Of a DNA stretch of 64,000 nt, positions 37,215 to 52,200 are shown piece by piece (position 1 is the first letter of the stretch; every line of letters begins with the position of its first letter). The translations under genes and the position numbers were made by a program. The notes under the pieces were generated by a model that did no database searches, was not told the origin of the DNA, and saw nothing but the letters and a program-made list of their open reading frames with translations. Location of the stretch: NCBI RefSeq assembly GCF_000150275.1, contig NW_002060975.1, positions 338,130-402,129 on the forward strand. Direction: 5' to 3'. This stretch comes from Trichoplax adhaerens (lineage: Eukaryota > Animalia > Placozoa).

Positions 37215-40200
37215 TGCTGTCATTGCTACTGTATCTCATGTTGGATTTGTTGAACAAGCGTTATGTCAAGTTTGGTCATTTTCCTACTGCTAAAAGAACC
37301 TTAGACATGTTCATTTGACTTGTCAAGTGGTTCAAACGATGAAATTCATGACAGCACTGTCGATTATTAATAGGGCGGAAACTGTTATGCATATATCGAT
37401 GTGGAGAGGAAAAAAACTTCATAGCACACAGCTGTACAGTACTCTACTCTACTGCTCGGTACAACTGTGACGTAGTTATGCGCTTCACCCTCTTCCTTCC
37501 AGCCGGCCTCGGTACTCTGGTCGAGGGGGAGTTGACAATGCTTCACCTGTGTCATGACGGCCGTGACGCATAGCGGTGTTTTTTTTGTCATACCTTGATG
37601 GGTATGACGCGTCTTGAACACTGACTCGACAGTAAGCTTCATAATCCCTAGAGTACGCTCGCATCTATTCACCCTGATTGGAAACTATGGATACGCGACC
37701 ATTGCTGTCGGGGCGGATAGAAAGAAGAAGCAAGGCCTTCTACAGCAATGGACTAGAGTAAATGCTAATCCATGACTTGCTGCTTTCTTCCAAAAATAGA
37801 CAATAATAATAAATCATGATGCCACCAATTGACGGATGCATGTCTCGTGTTGTCGTCTAAAAGTAGAAAGTTGGACAAACACCATTTGATCCAACATGTT
37901 ACGGTAGTGGTTAAGCCTTGTCGTCGTTCAATCGACTTGAGCGATTTGACAGCATTGCATGATAACGATATCAAGGTATAGTTGACAAATGACCAAATTT
38001 GATCAAGAAAATATGGCAATTTTATGCTTCTCATCTTAGGGTCATCACGGCATCTCCACTTCATTGATTTATTTATTTATTCAATTAAATTTCACGCAAG
38101 CAAAAGCGAACCATCAGCAATCGACACAGTCGTTCAATCGTTATTAAAGTAGCCATATCTATTTTCGTACTCATGACTATTTAATGCAATATCGCATAAG
38201 TGATCGCAAATCGTTCAATCAGTGACATAAGTTAATACTCTTTGGCCCCTTTTTTGCTACCGTGCTATCTCGGATAATTCAATTGGATACTGTATTGACA
38301 TTGGCGTTACTTGAATTAGTTATAACAACAAATGATACTGAAAATATTGTAACCTATTCTAGTAGCCTTTGAGAAACTGTATAGGTCATCGCCTTACAGT
38401 ACAGTATATTAAAAAAAATAGATGAGTCAACGTGCAAAGTAGTTATGCTTGTTGTTTGTGTAATGAAATCAGGCAAACTTGATTTCTTTCTCTCCTGGCT
38501 CATAGCCTGTTGTATTACGATTAGTGTTGTCGATATGATACACTTTGCATTTTCTAGCTATCATAAATGAAACACTGACAACGTTCTCATCGAGCACTCG
38601 TATCTCCAATTCTGTTGTTTTTATACCAGTTTTATGGACGCTATTAGCGTCTACAATCGAATCTTGTCTACCATTAAAAAATTAAACCTACAGAGTGTTG
38701 CCGTGGCTGGGTAATGGAATTGTACATCATTGACATGGCATACAATAGGTCTAAATACCGTTGTAAGTACTAATTGCTCTATGAGATGAGTCAACAAAGC
38801 TTTCATTTTAACTTTTGAATCCCTGTCTGTTTTCATAATTCGCTCACCTTGAGATTGGATGATAAAGTCATATTCGCAAAACATTCTTTTGACTATAAAT
38901 CTGTAAAATTTGTAAACTAGTTGTACAGTACACATATGGATTGTGTTGCACTGGATGCATATCCACCTATGAAGCCATTACTTCACTATCCGTAACGCTA
39001 CTTGACTACGACTATATTGAATGTTGGCGGATTAATCCGTAAAGTAAACGTAAATAAAATAATAACTAAAACAAATAACGATGCCAAAATAAACTTAGCA
39101 TCGAAGGTTATTAAATAGCGGACTAGAGTATACCGAATGTCTACGCTGATTCAAATAAAGTTATACAACCACATAGCCAGATATTTCTATGTAATGACTA
39201 CTATTACTAAGCAGACAGTAGACTACAAGATCAAGAAATGAAGTACTTGATAGCTATCATCTTGCAAGCTTGCCAACGTTATGTTATATCAAACTCTTAT
39301 AAAGAGAGCGAATGAAAGAAGTCTTCTATTACCTACAATTGTTGGAGGTTGTGGCTGGTGAAACGACGATAGTAAACTCTTCTAATATTCAGATATAGTA
39401 GTCCTTAATTCAAGCTTCTAAACTATTCCAACAGTAGACTGCCGCTCCCAAATGATATCAAATGGATAGCTAATGATTGAACGACGCTATCATAAATCGA
39501 TAATATAAGACTGGTAAATGAGTATGAAGTCAATGAGAAATCATACTATTTGTTTGGAGACTCCATAGCCTTCTCTGTACCAATTCATTATTAACGACTC
39601 TCATGAGTCACAATGGGCATAGTCTTTATAATGACTTCAGGACTATGTTTATAATTTTCGATAGTTCTTTAGAGGCTAAGTGAAGCTACTGTTAAAATTT
39701 AAAATAATTATTTGCGTGTTGAAATCTACAGCTCTAGAACAATTTCTACAACAATTATGAATTATTCAGAAAGAGAATAAACTATGTTTATTGGCACGTT
39801 TCGACCATTTTAAACTCATCGCCTAAACTTTAGCCCCTAAAATGTAACCAACGTTTATTGTTGTATTCTACCACACAAGCATATGAAAATATTCGTAGCA
39901 GTAATGAATTTCTAATTTACGGTGTTACTACAGCATTTGTAGCATTATAAACTGACAACATAATTTAATCCTTGGGATTACGGAACTCTCAATGATACAC
40001 TCTTCTCGTGGCCGGATCCTGTTGACGGATTGCATTTGATGAAGTCAACTTTCCATACTACTTGTACAGTACAAACTTCAAAATTGATCACTGACAACTG
40101 TGACTTGCTCGCCCATTACGGTACTATTTAATATTTTGAACTTATTGTCGACATAACTGAATCCTGGAGAATACTGTATAGTCAAGTACACAGTTGTCGT

Positions 40201-43200
40201 TGTACTTGATTATTTTTCAAATTTCTACTAATAATGAAACTACTACTCAATACTAGAATATAAGCCGATAATACAGTGTATAATATTGGTAAACAACTAG
40301 ACATCGTATAAGAACTATACTAAATACTATGTTAGCCCTTTTATATTATTATTTTCTTAACTGGATGACAAAAAACATTAAAGCGATCATTGTCTACGGC
40401 GTTGAGTGACCAACCGCTGTGCTGCAGGATCAGAGTAATATTTATCACTTGAACGGCCAGGACATAAATAGTTACTTGTATGAATAAAAAAAATAATAAA
40501 ATATCAAAAGAATCTGGGATCGTTAAGGATTCAAGTTAAATCGCAGCATTGTATTTTAGCACAGTGAAATCTGTAGTCAATGATATGTAATATCATAATC
40601 AAAGCTTACCTTCTTTAATCTTTATCGTTATTTAACTGACACATTTCTTTCAAGTAAAATAGACGGATTATTCTGAAATCAAAAGTACACTTCAGAGGTA
40701 ATGACTTTACGAGTTGGAGAGCTCCTATTATTCCCTTATTTACTTATTAGCATGCTATGAGTATGTTGTTGTATAGCATCGCATCAAAGATACTAAATTA
40801 CTGCTAAGAGTAGTATTTTCAACTCGCCTCATGTCAGAAACGATCATTGATCACGCCGAGACAGTTTAAGTTTGTAGCTCATTTATAGCATCCTTCAGTC
40901 AAAAATATGATCAATATTTAATAAAATTCCTTACAATTAACTCTAGATCATGGGATGATACAGCTTTGTTGATGATGCTGGAATAATTTTAAAATGTGAT
41001 TACACGATCAAGCGATAATGAGAAAACAACATCTTTGTTTATTTTATAAGAAAAAGGAGTTATTGTTACCATTTTCTTAAAATTATCTATTGTACATTAA
41101 CAAGGATAATTTGCAATAACTATAGCTAAAATTATTATAGCATTGTAACTGGCATACGCCTACAGTCGATGCTGCAACTAGAAATGCACTTTCGATAAAA
41201 TTTCATTTTGCAATCTTAGCAACAATCGTTACAGCTCTTGTTGTCAATTATTTGGTATGTTATCACCATTATTTCGACAAGCAAGTACTTCTCTATGACA
41301 TAACGATAAACTATAACTATACAAGTATGTGATGACCGCTTGTCTGACTAACTTTCATATGACAGTATCTGTTCCCGGCTAAAGCTATAAAATGAGTAAC
41401 CATCATAATTAAGCAAAATATAAGAAAAAGTTACAACACCAACTGACGCAACTATGATGTTTACTTTCAACAAGTTACTATCGAATTCATTGGTCTAAAT
41501 GATGATAATTACTAAACTACTTTAGAATTTCAAACTCGCATTAGAGGTCATGGTCAGCTAATTAACATATCGGGGAATCATCATAGCATGTGAATATTAT
41601 TTGACATAAAACCTTCCTGTGTGTTGTAAGGTAATTGATAATTCGCTAATAGTACTAATAATTAATTCTGTCGTGTTTCCCATGTTGAATGCATGGTTCA
41701 CTGTAGTACGCGATAGTTAGAGTTTACTACAATACTTTGGCATCTCATGTAACCTTCTGATCGATGGAACTTTAACTCGACCTTGGCCTTTAATTCTTAA
41801 TCAGTTAAGAATACAGCAGTAACGTTATTACGTCATCGTTTTATCGGAAACTAATGCCAGTCCATCATTTGAATTTTTAACACTGATTTCAAATGAAACT
41901 AAAAAATATTAATTCCAGTAACGTTCGTCCCAGATCTAATAATATCTACACAATCCGTACCTTTGCTATATAGTATTCGATAGCATAGATGACATGGCAA
42001 ATGGTTAGCCAGTAAATACAAATTAAACTACAGTACTTATGTATTCTTTAATTAAATTAATTCACTATAGTGCAAATAGAATTTATCCTTTTCCAGTTAT
42101 TAATATAATACGATGTTTTACAAGTGCACTATATTTTCTTAATTATGACTTATACTTAAACTTTCACAATTTCATTGTTAAATATTTTACTTACTACATG
42201 CTTGACAGTTAGTATTTTCCAAAGGTAGTGATTTTCTTCCCATCTTTTAACCTTCGTTATACATGGTTTACAAATAAACTATCGAAGCTTTAAACTATTT
42301 CTACTACTACAGTACAATTTGCAATAATCTCTTGTCACTAGGTAATATTACATACCATTATTAGCTGAGATCCAACGTAGCTTTTTTAAATGATATTTTA
42401 TTACTTCTTGCAATACACAGTACGTGTAAAGTAACATGTCTGTAGCAGTAAAAATTAATGCTGATGGGTTGCCAATACTTGCCATATAATTACTATGTAG
42501 CTAAAGCATACTACGAATAAGAATCGTATGCAATTATTAAACTTGAAATACTGATAAGTCGATTAATCTGATTTATTACATTTTTAATTGAACTTATCTT
42601 CAAAGTTCGCCATTAATTACATTGAATACCTTGCTGATCTCTAAATTTAGACGTTGTACGATGCTTAAGGTCATAATCTGTTTGTCCAATGTACAAACTG
42701 ATAAAATGTATTGCTATACTATACTTTGGTAATTTTAATTTTAATATATAGTATAACATATATTGATAAAAAATTATCCGTTACATATACGGATTTCAAG
42801 GTCAAATATACTCCATTATTCATAAAATCACAATTAAAGTACTATATTTTTACCGTCCTTTTAATGTACTGATAGAGCTCCAAAGCTTTTTCACTTAATA
42901 TACAACAAGTGCATAAACTGTACGATTATACACCCGATTGACTGATGTATCATAACGAGGAAACAGATTTTTGCAATACCTGAGTATTCTGTATCGATTG
43001 TATTATAACTTGTGACTGTAATATTAAAACCTTATAGGTTATCTCACTTTTATGTATAATATTCTTATAAATATTACACACCATGTCTACCTTAAATAAA
43101 TTAAATATCACCATGTTTTAACTGATTAATTATTAAATGTTGCTTGGTGATATAATGCACTAATGATACTTCTGTTTGATTTTTATGTCAACATTATAGA

Positions 43201-43264
43201 GCAGTACCATTGAATAACTTATTGATTACGGAAGTCAATAAGAACGATTTATTAGAAACAAAGT

Positions 43265-46200
43265 ATGGAAGATTTGTCTACTTTATCTGGACAAGATGAG
43301 AGCAGTGCACTTATACAAAGGATTGTCACAATATTTCGGGACCAACAAAATAGCTATGGTTTTACTGTTAGTGGGGACAATCCTGTATTTGTTCAATCAG
43401 TGCGAGAAGGTAAGCATAACTATGGATATGCTCTGTAATACCTGCATTCGTTATCGAATACTGCTTAAAATTTAGTGTTATAGATTATTGTTTGTCTACA
43501 GTATAACTTACATTTATAAGTCATTCTTTAGCCAATATTATTAGATTACTTACATTAATTTATCGTTGAAATAAACTAATTAATTGCTTTAATGCATTAG
43601 GAGTAATAAACTATTATATTATTGGTAAATATCATCATAAATATCTGTTCATGAACAACTTTATTACATTTATATCTTTATCGGAACTTAAAATCTTGCG
43701 AAATATTATGCTACTATGATGTGTTTACGGAAAGAGTCCCATTGTAGATAAATAATATCTCCGAATTTTATTAGGTGGTCCAGCGTATAATGCCGGTATT
43801 CAACGTGGAGATAGAATTGTTAAGGTACAATAACAGTATAAGGCTACGAATATTTTGTATTATGTTTATATGATTTACAATGTTGATTTTGATGAGATTT
43901 TACTTAATAAAGCATTTACGTTGTTTGCTATATGTTATCTAATAAGAAACGTAGCTATACAATTATGGCAGTGTACAATTGAGGGAGTCCTCTTATATTT
44001 TTATATAGCACTTGATTTTGATGTTATTTGGGCGTATTAACATTTAATTGCTTACTACCTTTATATTGTATTACACATCTGAAACAGAATGAGATATTTC
44101 TCAATAGATATAGGATATCGTTAACATCTGCCCATATATATATATATATATTTGAATAGATTTACAGTAATCTATTGTGTCTAAACATTTTTTCGTTGTG
44201 TAGGTCAATAAGAAATTAGTCACTCATGCACATCACCAAGATGTTGTTCAAATGATTAAAGGTATCAAGTTAAAATCTAGGTCAATCTATGATTAGTTCT
44301 TTTATCATTTAAGACTAGTATAGCTAAATATAGATTCAATCTTCTATATGATGTGATAGTAAAATATGAATATAGCTCGACAGGGTTACACAAACTAGCT
44401 CAGTTGTTGAATGTAGATAAAATTAGCATGATCGGTTGTAGTCAATTGTTATTCGATATACGATAATATTTATAGTTATTCACTTTCACATGGACTTACC
44501 TAAACGTTTGAATATCGTACATATGATATCTCCCGGTAAAACTCAGGAAATTGCTACATTCAATTTATACAGCATTGCGTTTATGATATTTTTTACCATA
44601 TACCGATAGTCATCCGTTTACACCACATCTTATCTTATAGGTGTTGAAAGCGTGACTCTAACACTATTTGGCAAGCCTTCAGCGAATCCAATCGTAGGTA
44701 CGGTTACACAAACAATTAAATCCATGACTGTTGGAATGCGTGTGTATAAAATCTATCTCTGTGAAGCTTTATATTCTGTAGATGTAACATATATTACCGC
44801 GACTTGTTAAATTACTTTTACTCGATTATGAAAAGAGGTTAGCGGAAACAATTAACATAATCTTTTGAAGATTTCAGTTACAACTTTAGTATAGCTAATA
44901 CACTTTACTGAAACAAGATCTAAAATCAAATTCTATTGATTCAAGTAGTCATAACGAAAATCTCTATTAAAAGCTGCTTTACTACATTTTATTACCTTCC
45001 ATGAATCATTATAAGTTTTCATGAAAAAGCAATACGATATTAATTTATTTATATAGTTTAATACTCGTATTGTTAAGGTTAACTTTCACTTCAGTAATGT
45101 CGCTTGTGAGTTATTACGCTTACGCTTACTTAAACACTGTTAAAAAAGATTGCTTCACAAAAAGATATTACCTATGCCTAGAGACTATGTCATTCAGGTT
45201 ATATATTATCTCGCTGATAATTCCGAAGGCTACAATATGTACCTGCGATATAAACTGGAAAGTATAGCCTTGTAGTTAGCTGTTGTATGCCAGAGTACAA
45301 ATTCCTGTATCATACTATCTATTGCGATACGGGGTCCGACCTCTGGTATATTAATTCTATGGCAATCAAATGCATTTTAGTTATTGAAGTAGCATGAAAT
45401 ATACAAATGCATATGATTTGACCACATAATTCTATTACGTCTTTTAATTGCTAAATTATTTCATCAAATTTCTAAATAATCTAATCTATAGATCTTGGAT
45501 TAGTCCGTCCCCAGCCTCCCAGCGTACCGCAGGTTAATATACGCTATTAAATTTTTAAAACCTGATATATTCAATCTTACAATTAAAATTATTGTAATCT
45601 TTCATAAAAAATCTTTAGTTTGACTGTAAAGATGACTCTATACCGGAACAAATTGCCAAACTTGAAAGCATGCTTGTGAACGATGAACGATATCTTACGG
45701 TAAAAATGTTTTAAAAATCTCTTTATTCATTTTATTCCGGTTCCGAAACAATTCTTGACAATAACAATATCAATCACTATGCAACATCGAGAAAATAATG
45801 TAACAGTTTTAATAAAATTGTAACTGATTCTAGGAAATGCAACGAGAATACGATAAAACTCAATCTCGTGATCTACGGCCATTGGTAAGAGTTAATTGCT
45901 TGTAAATAGGCGATCGCAGAATAAGAAACAAAATTTACAATTTTCGAACTGTGTGTTTTTGTGCTTAGCTTCACGATCTATTAGGAAGAAAAACTGCTTT
46001 AGAAAAACGGTTAAAATCGCTGAGAGCCTCATTAAATCAAGAAAAAACCACTACAGAGGTAAATGCAGTCATTTATTATAGATTCTATTATGATACAACA
46101 TTTTAAGGTGTAGAATCTACTTGATTTTTAAGCAATTTTTATCATTTTATCTCGTATTGATAACTGTACTGATTGGATCGTAATCTATTAATTTACTAAC

Positions 46201-49200
46201 ACAGACTCAAGCTGATGCTACTTCCACAGAAAAGAGAGTAAGTAGTGAAGATGTATCATCAACTACAACGAAATTAAAGACGGAAGAAGCAAGTCCAAAT
46301 AGTAATCATGTAGCTCATCAAATTTCTGAGCCGGTATGTCTGGATATTATAGGCGTGGCATTTTATATTTTTATCTAAATTGTATTATTCGCTCGTGTTT
46401 GTGTTTACTCTAAACAGACAGTTAATCCATCACGTCTGACACCTCCCGACAGTCCTAAAGGTATTTCTCTCTGATATCGGACGTAACCGTACAAAATCTA
46501 AAATAATTCATTCTTAATTTAATTTTAATGTGAATATATTACTGTCTACACCTTAAGTTTTGTGTTATTCTACATCATTATAATTAATTTGTCTTGTACA
46601 TAGTACCACCTGCGTATGGCACTGCGAATGGTACTGGCAAGCAAACCTATTTAAACATAATAACTGCTGAAGATGACGAATTTGACACCGATTCTGATGA
46701 GGTTTAACATGCCCATAATACAGATTAATTAAATTTTATTATCAGTAACCTATCTATAAATATGTCTTTATGTAGCCTGTGGAAGATATTGGTCCATTCT
46801 GTGATTTCAATGTTTTAAGAACTAAGCCGGGTATGATTATTGTGATTCTAGTAGCAATTCAAGTAATATGTAAATTTATCTTATGAGTTGTTTATCGCCT
46901 TACCGAATTATACCTGAGCTTGTAAAGATCAAATTTATAACATAAATATACAATAGATTAGTATGTTACAGTTTTAATTCATTAATATTCATTATTAAAT
47001 TAAATTAAATACTATCTACTCGAACAATGCAGTATTTGCTTGTTACATTACTAACGAACTGTTATTCCTTTACAGCACATATTGCGGTCTTTCTGCATTA
47101 TTTAATTTCCAATAGTGACCCTAATAGCTTGGTGAGTTTGAGTTATTCATTATAAATGGCGCCAAACTGCATTATATTGAAGCATATTCAGTTATTCTTT
47201 CGGCAATTTTTTCTTGCAATAGCTATTTTATCTCGTATCAGAAGTATACGAGAATAAATCTGGTCATTATAAAGACGTTAAAAAGTGGATTAGTGAAATT
47301 TGTACCGCATTTCTTACTCCAACCGCTGTTAGTAAATATTTATACTTGAATTTCATGATTATTACTGCGAATTACTAAACATCTACCTTTTCATAAAAAG
47401 CCTCTGCAAATTCCAATCAAAGATGGAATTGCTCAAAGTATCGGTACGATTACATAGCATTTATTAAATTTTATCATTTATGAATGGTGTACGGATATAG
47501 AATACACGACCATACATGTATCCTATTTGTGGACAATGTATGAAACGATCATAATTAAGATGAATGCAGACTTTATAACGTAGTACATGTATGATGTAAT
47601 GTTATTTCCCCTTTGACAAATCGTTATTATTTAGAACATGTAAATTTTGATTTTCTGATAGATGATACGTTAAAAAATAAAAACATCAGCGATGAAGGAT
47701 TGCGTACTATATTCTCTCCAGCACGGTAAGAATACTTTATCTTGAGACATCAATATTCTAAAATTGCTTCCAAGCTATAAGCTTTTGATTTTTGTAGGCA
47801 AATCGCGACAGATCACATTAAAGAGCAGCTACTGGATTTTAGACAAAAACGAACATTAGGGCTTGGAAGTTTATTTGGTGATTCCGAACTTAAAAGTGCG
47901 CAATCTGTTTAACGTATTGGTAACTGGTGCATCATAGAATTTCATTTATTTTATGTATTTATGAGTTATTTATTTCGTAGACGATATGAATAGAGATACT
48001 GAACTAAAGATCACGGAAAATACCCTTATTAATCCATTAGAATCAATACTGTGAGTATTTAGCGGCGTCTTTTATCAATCAATTTGTATAAAAAATTTGC
48101 TAGTTCATTACTAACGATAGATGTTACTTTGGACTGGACTAGGAAAGAGATTGATTCGACACCGCAAATTTCGCAAAGAGAACAAGATAGGAAGTAAATA
48201 TCTTCTGTGTATAATCTAATATCTTTAATACTTACTTAATTACTGCTGTCCCATTATTAGTATGGCTATAGCAAGTTCAATTGTCACCTTCATGAAGTTT
48301 GTTGGCGTCCGAGCATCGGTAAGCTAACCTTATCTCAAGTCGATATAATATAGCACCTAAGATGATGCTGAAGCCATTTTAACTCTACTGTACACGTAGT
48401 CACCTTCGAGCCCATTGGAGAAATGTCATATGTTCGCTCAAAAAGAAAGTAAATTTAAGATAAAAACTTTACCGAAATTATCTAAGAAGGTAAGATTATG
48501 TAATTACGTTTACCCTTTATAGCTCTACCTATGTGCAGTATTTAATTCTAATTTCGAAATAATTTAAACATTTTTAACGTTAATTTGGCAAATCCCCTAA
48601 TTCAGATCCAAGTTAAAGGCCATCAGTTATGTCTTACAGCGTTTGCAAATACTACCTTTTGTGCTAACTGTAAGACTGTGATTTGGGGTATCAGTTCAAA
48701 CGGATATCAATGCCAACGTAAGTTTGCTACAGTCACTGTCTTGACTGTTACGAAATTCTACTGCCATTGAGTACACCATCGAATTTAAATGGTCACTACT
48801 TCTTAAATTCCATGTTGTATGCGTGCTAATTCATTGGAACATTCTTATAATTCTATCAATACTAATTTAAGATTGTAATTATACTTATTTGTATGATCAT
48901 AGTTTGCCATTGCAACTTTCACAAAGGACCATGCCTAGAGAGTTTAATTATAGCATGTGAAGGACCTCGGACTAAACGTAAATTTGATCATTCTCGGGCT
49001 CCTAATATAGGCAAACGCGCAAGTCGAGAAGATCACTATGGAAGTACGCTGTTAATTTTAATATTAACTTTAAATATTTCGCAATATCGATTATAGAATT
49101 TTAATTTAAAGACAATTAACTCAACTTAAAGATCGTTCTTATAGATCTGAATTCTACTATATCGTTTATTCGCATTGATAATATCACTAATTAGTTTCAT

Positions 49201-52200
49201 GTAACTAATTGTTTTGCTTCCTAATGTGTTTTGTCATACACAGTACCCGAAATAGGTAAAAATCTTGCTGAAGGTAGAAAATTGGATCTTTTAGCTGAAA
49301 ACTCTGTTGGCGGTAATAATATTATCATTGAAGACGAGGAGTACACAGGGGAAAACGATGGTTAGTAGTTTACGATTTCGCTCAAGCATCAATCTACCAT
49401 CAATGCTATAACATTCTTATTGAAATGTATTTTTTTATATTACAAAGATACAACGGAAGGCTTATCTGTAGATACTTTACATACTAACAATTCTGGAAAC
49501 TTGGTAAGTTATTGATGGCCGTTACGTTTATAGTGTTATATATTACATTAATACCTTGTATCTATATTTTGCAATTAAGGCTGCTCCTGTCAATACACAC
49601 TCAAGATTGTAAGCCTCTTATCGTCATAATATTCTAATCTTCTTATTATGTTAAAAAGGCAATAGAATACCTAGTTATACTATACGTAAAGAATAAGAAA
49701 TTTAAGCTACATTTAAACTTTAAGAACAATACTTTGTTAAATGCCAATCAATGTGCTATTTTAATAATGCATTATTAACCTTTTAGTGGTACCATCAGCG
49801 AAGGAATGGAAGCAAGGGATTTGTCTAGCTTGAGCTTTAGGTAAGTCTGAAATCTTTTCACTAACAGAAATTTTTGCTTGCGTTATCGTAGTATCAATAG
49901 ATAATTTTTCTGTTACTCTAGTTCTCCAACCATAAGAAGAGTAAACATTGGGCGTTCAGAAAGTTGTAGAACTACTAGGGTAATTTAAATTGACTTGCGT
50001 ACCTTATTTTCTACATAATAACATTTCATTTCAATTATACAGTCGGAGATTCAAAAAAGCAGAAGAAGTATAGAGGGACTAGGCTTCCATCAAAGGCATG
50101 ATTTTGATTTTGATTTTATGTTACTTTGCTTCATTTAGAAAATGTATTATAATTTTTTTTAATATTAATTTACAGAGAGGATTCAGACTGGTCGATGTCA
50201 TCCGTCGACGTGTAAGTAGTTATTACTAAGTTAAATGGATAACTTAGTTGCTAGTCTGTAACTAATTCAAAATTTTATTCAACATTCTATTCATAGCCTC
50301 TCTGAAAAATCAGAGATACTAGAATACGTTGAAGTGTCAAGCGACGGTACCTAAAATAATTAAAAATGAATGAAGAAATTGGCTGTCTTAAAATTAAATG
50401 TGTATACCCTATCATTTAATGTATTAGATGATAATGAATCCGATTTGGATGTAAAAGCTGAAACTCCAAGTTGGCAAGACACTGTCAACAGATCGGTATA
50501 CGACTAAATCTGAAATCATTTTTGAGATGAATAGGTAGTCTATCGCGCCAATCTTTTCTTTACGAAATACCTTATCTTTACGCATAGACTATTGCAAAGC
50601 TTAGTCAAAATAAGAAAGAAGTTAAAAGACAAGCTGTGATTAATGGTATGTTTATGTAACATTAAAATTGAATCGTTAAATTATATCGACCATTATTTAA
50701 CAAATAAATATACTTTTTTCTTGATGGCAATAGAGCTTATACACACTGAAAAAGTGCATGTTAGAAATTTGAAAGTTTTAAAGAGGGTATGAATAAAGCC
50801 TAATAATTATATTTTATTGCAAAGCTCTCTACAATAACGGTACTATTATCCTATCCACTAGGTGTATTACAAACCCATGCTACGTAGCAGGCTATTTACA
50901 TCTGGTTTTATCTCTCTAATGTTTCCAAATTTGATCGAACTCTTAGACTTACATAGTAGGCTCAAACATATTTCATACTAATTTCCAGTGACTCTTTCTA
51001 CTGTATTCGCGCACATTTATATTTCTTACTAAATTCTACAGAATCACTATTAAGGAAAATGAAGGAACGACGAGCGAAATCTGAAATTGTGGAATTTATA
51101 GGCGATGTGATGCTGGATTCGGTATACGAATTTTACTTTTGAAATGTAGTACGGAATGCGTCAGGGAATGTTAATGCCAGTAAGTAATAATTGTCCTTTC
51201 CTCTTTATGCAATTGCAACAGTTTGATAAAAGTCCTGGTGATACCATGAAAGAAGCTTGTGCTAAATTTTGTAGCAATCAATCTACTGCTTTAGAAAAAT
51301 TGAAGGTATGAAATATAGCATTAGTTGCGTTATAATCACTGAAAATGACGAAATATTTGGTATATCTGTAGCATAATTCAAATATTTACCGTTTACTGGT
51401 AATCACATAGGTGATGCAGAGGAAAGATCAAAATATTCTATCTTTCGTTAGTGTAAGTATCCTCCGACACTATACTAATTTTTATATTTTTTTACTATAG
51501 AGCCATTAGCAATTTTGTTTCTTATTTAATATTGTATGATGCAAATATTCATAATACTACGCACTCAATAAATCTTACATGCGCGTGTTGCTATTTCAAA
51601 AGGAATGTGAAAATCACCCATTGTGTCGTCGTTTACGTTTGCAAGATTTAATTTCAACCGGATATAGGCGGTTGACGAAATATCCGTTATTACTAGAACA
51701 AGTTGCTAAGTACACCGCAGGTAAGGTGGTCACATATCCGATTTTGTTTGACTATTCTAATTTATTTTCCTTGCTTAGATTTAAAAAAAAATATGTAATC
51801 CCTAAATAGGTGATAAACCAGATTATAAAAACGTGCTGAAAGCAATTGAATGTACAAAGGTAAATAAAGTAATTTTTAGCATCTTACTCTTTTATGTACT
51901 TTATGAGTTATACATTATATATACGTATGAGAGCGAGCCTTTTACTATTTTATGAACTTGTTAAATCCTTTCACATAAGTACCTCGTGAAATTTATATTC
52001 ATTTCACATATGTATTATTGTAGGAAACGTTAGCATTTGTGAATCAAAGTATTAAGGATACGGAACAGGCTCAAAAATTATTGGATATACATAAAAAATT
52101 AGATCGCCGATCACTCGATCATTCAAACAATCCTGCTATAGCTGAATTTAAGGTAATTAGTAACTTTTGCAGCGCATAAAACGAATTTATTACACGTATC

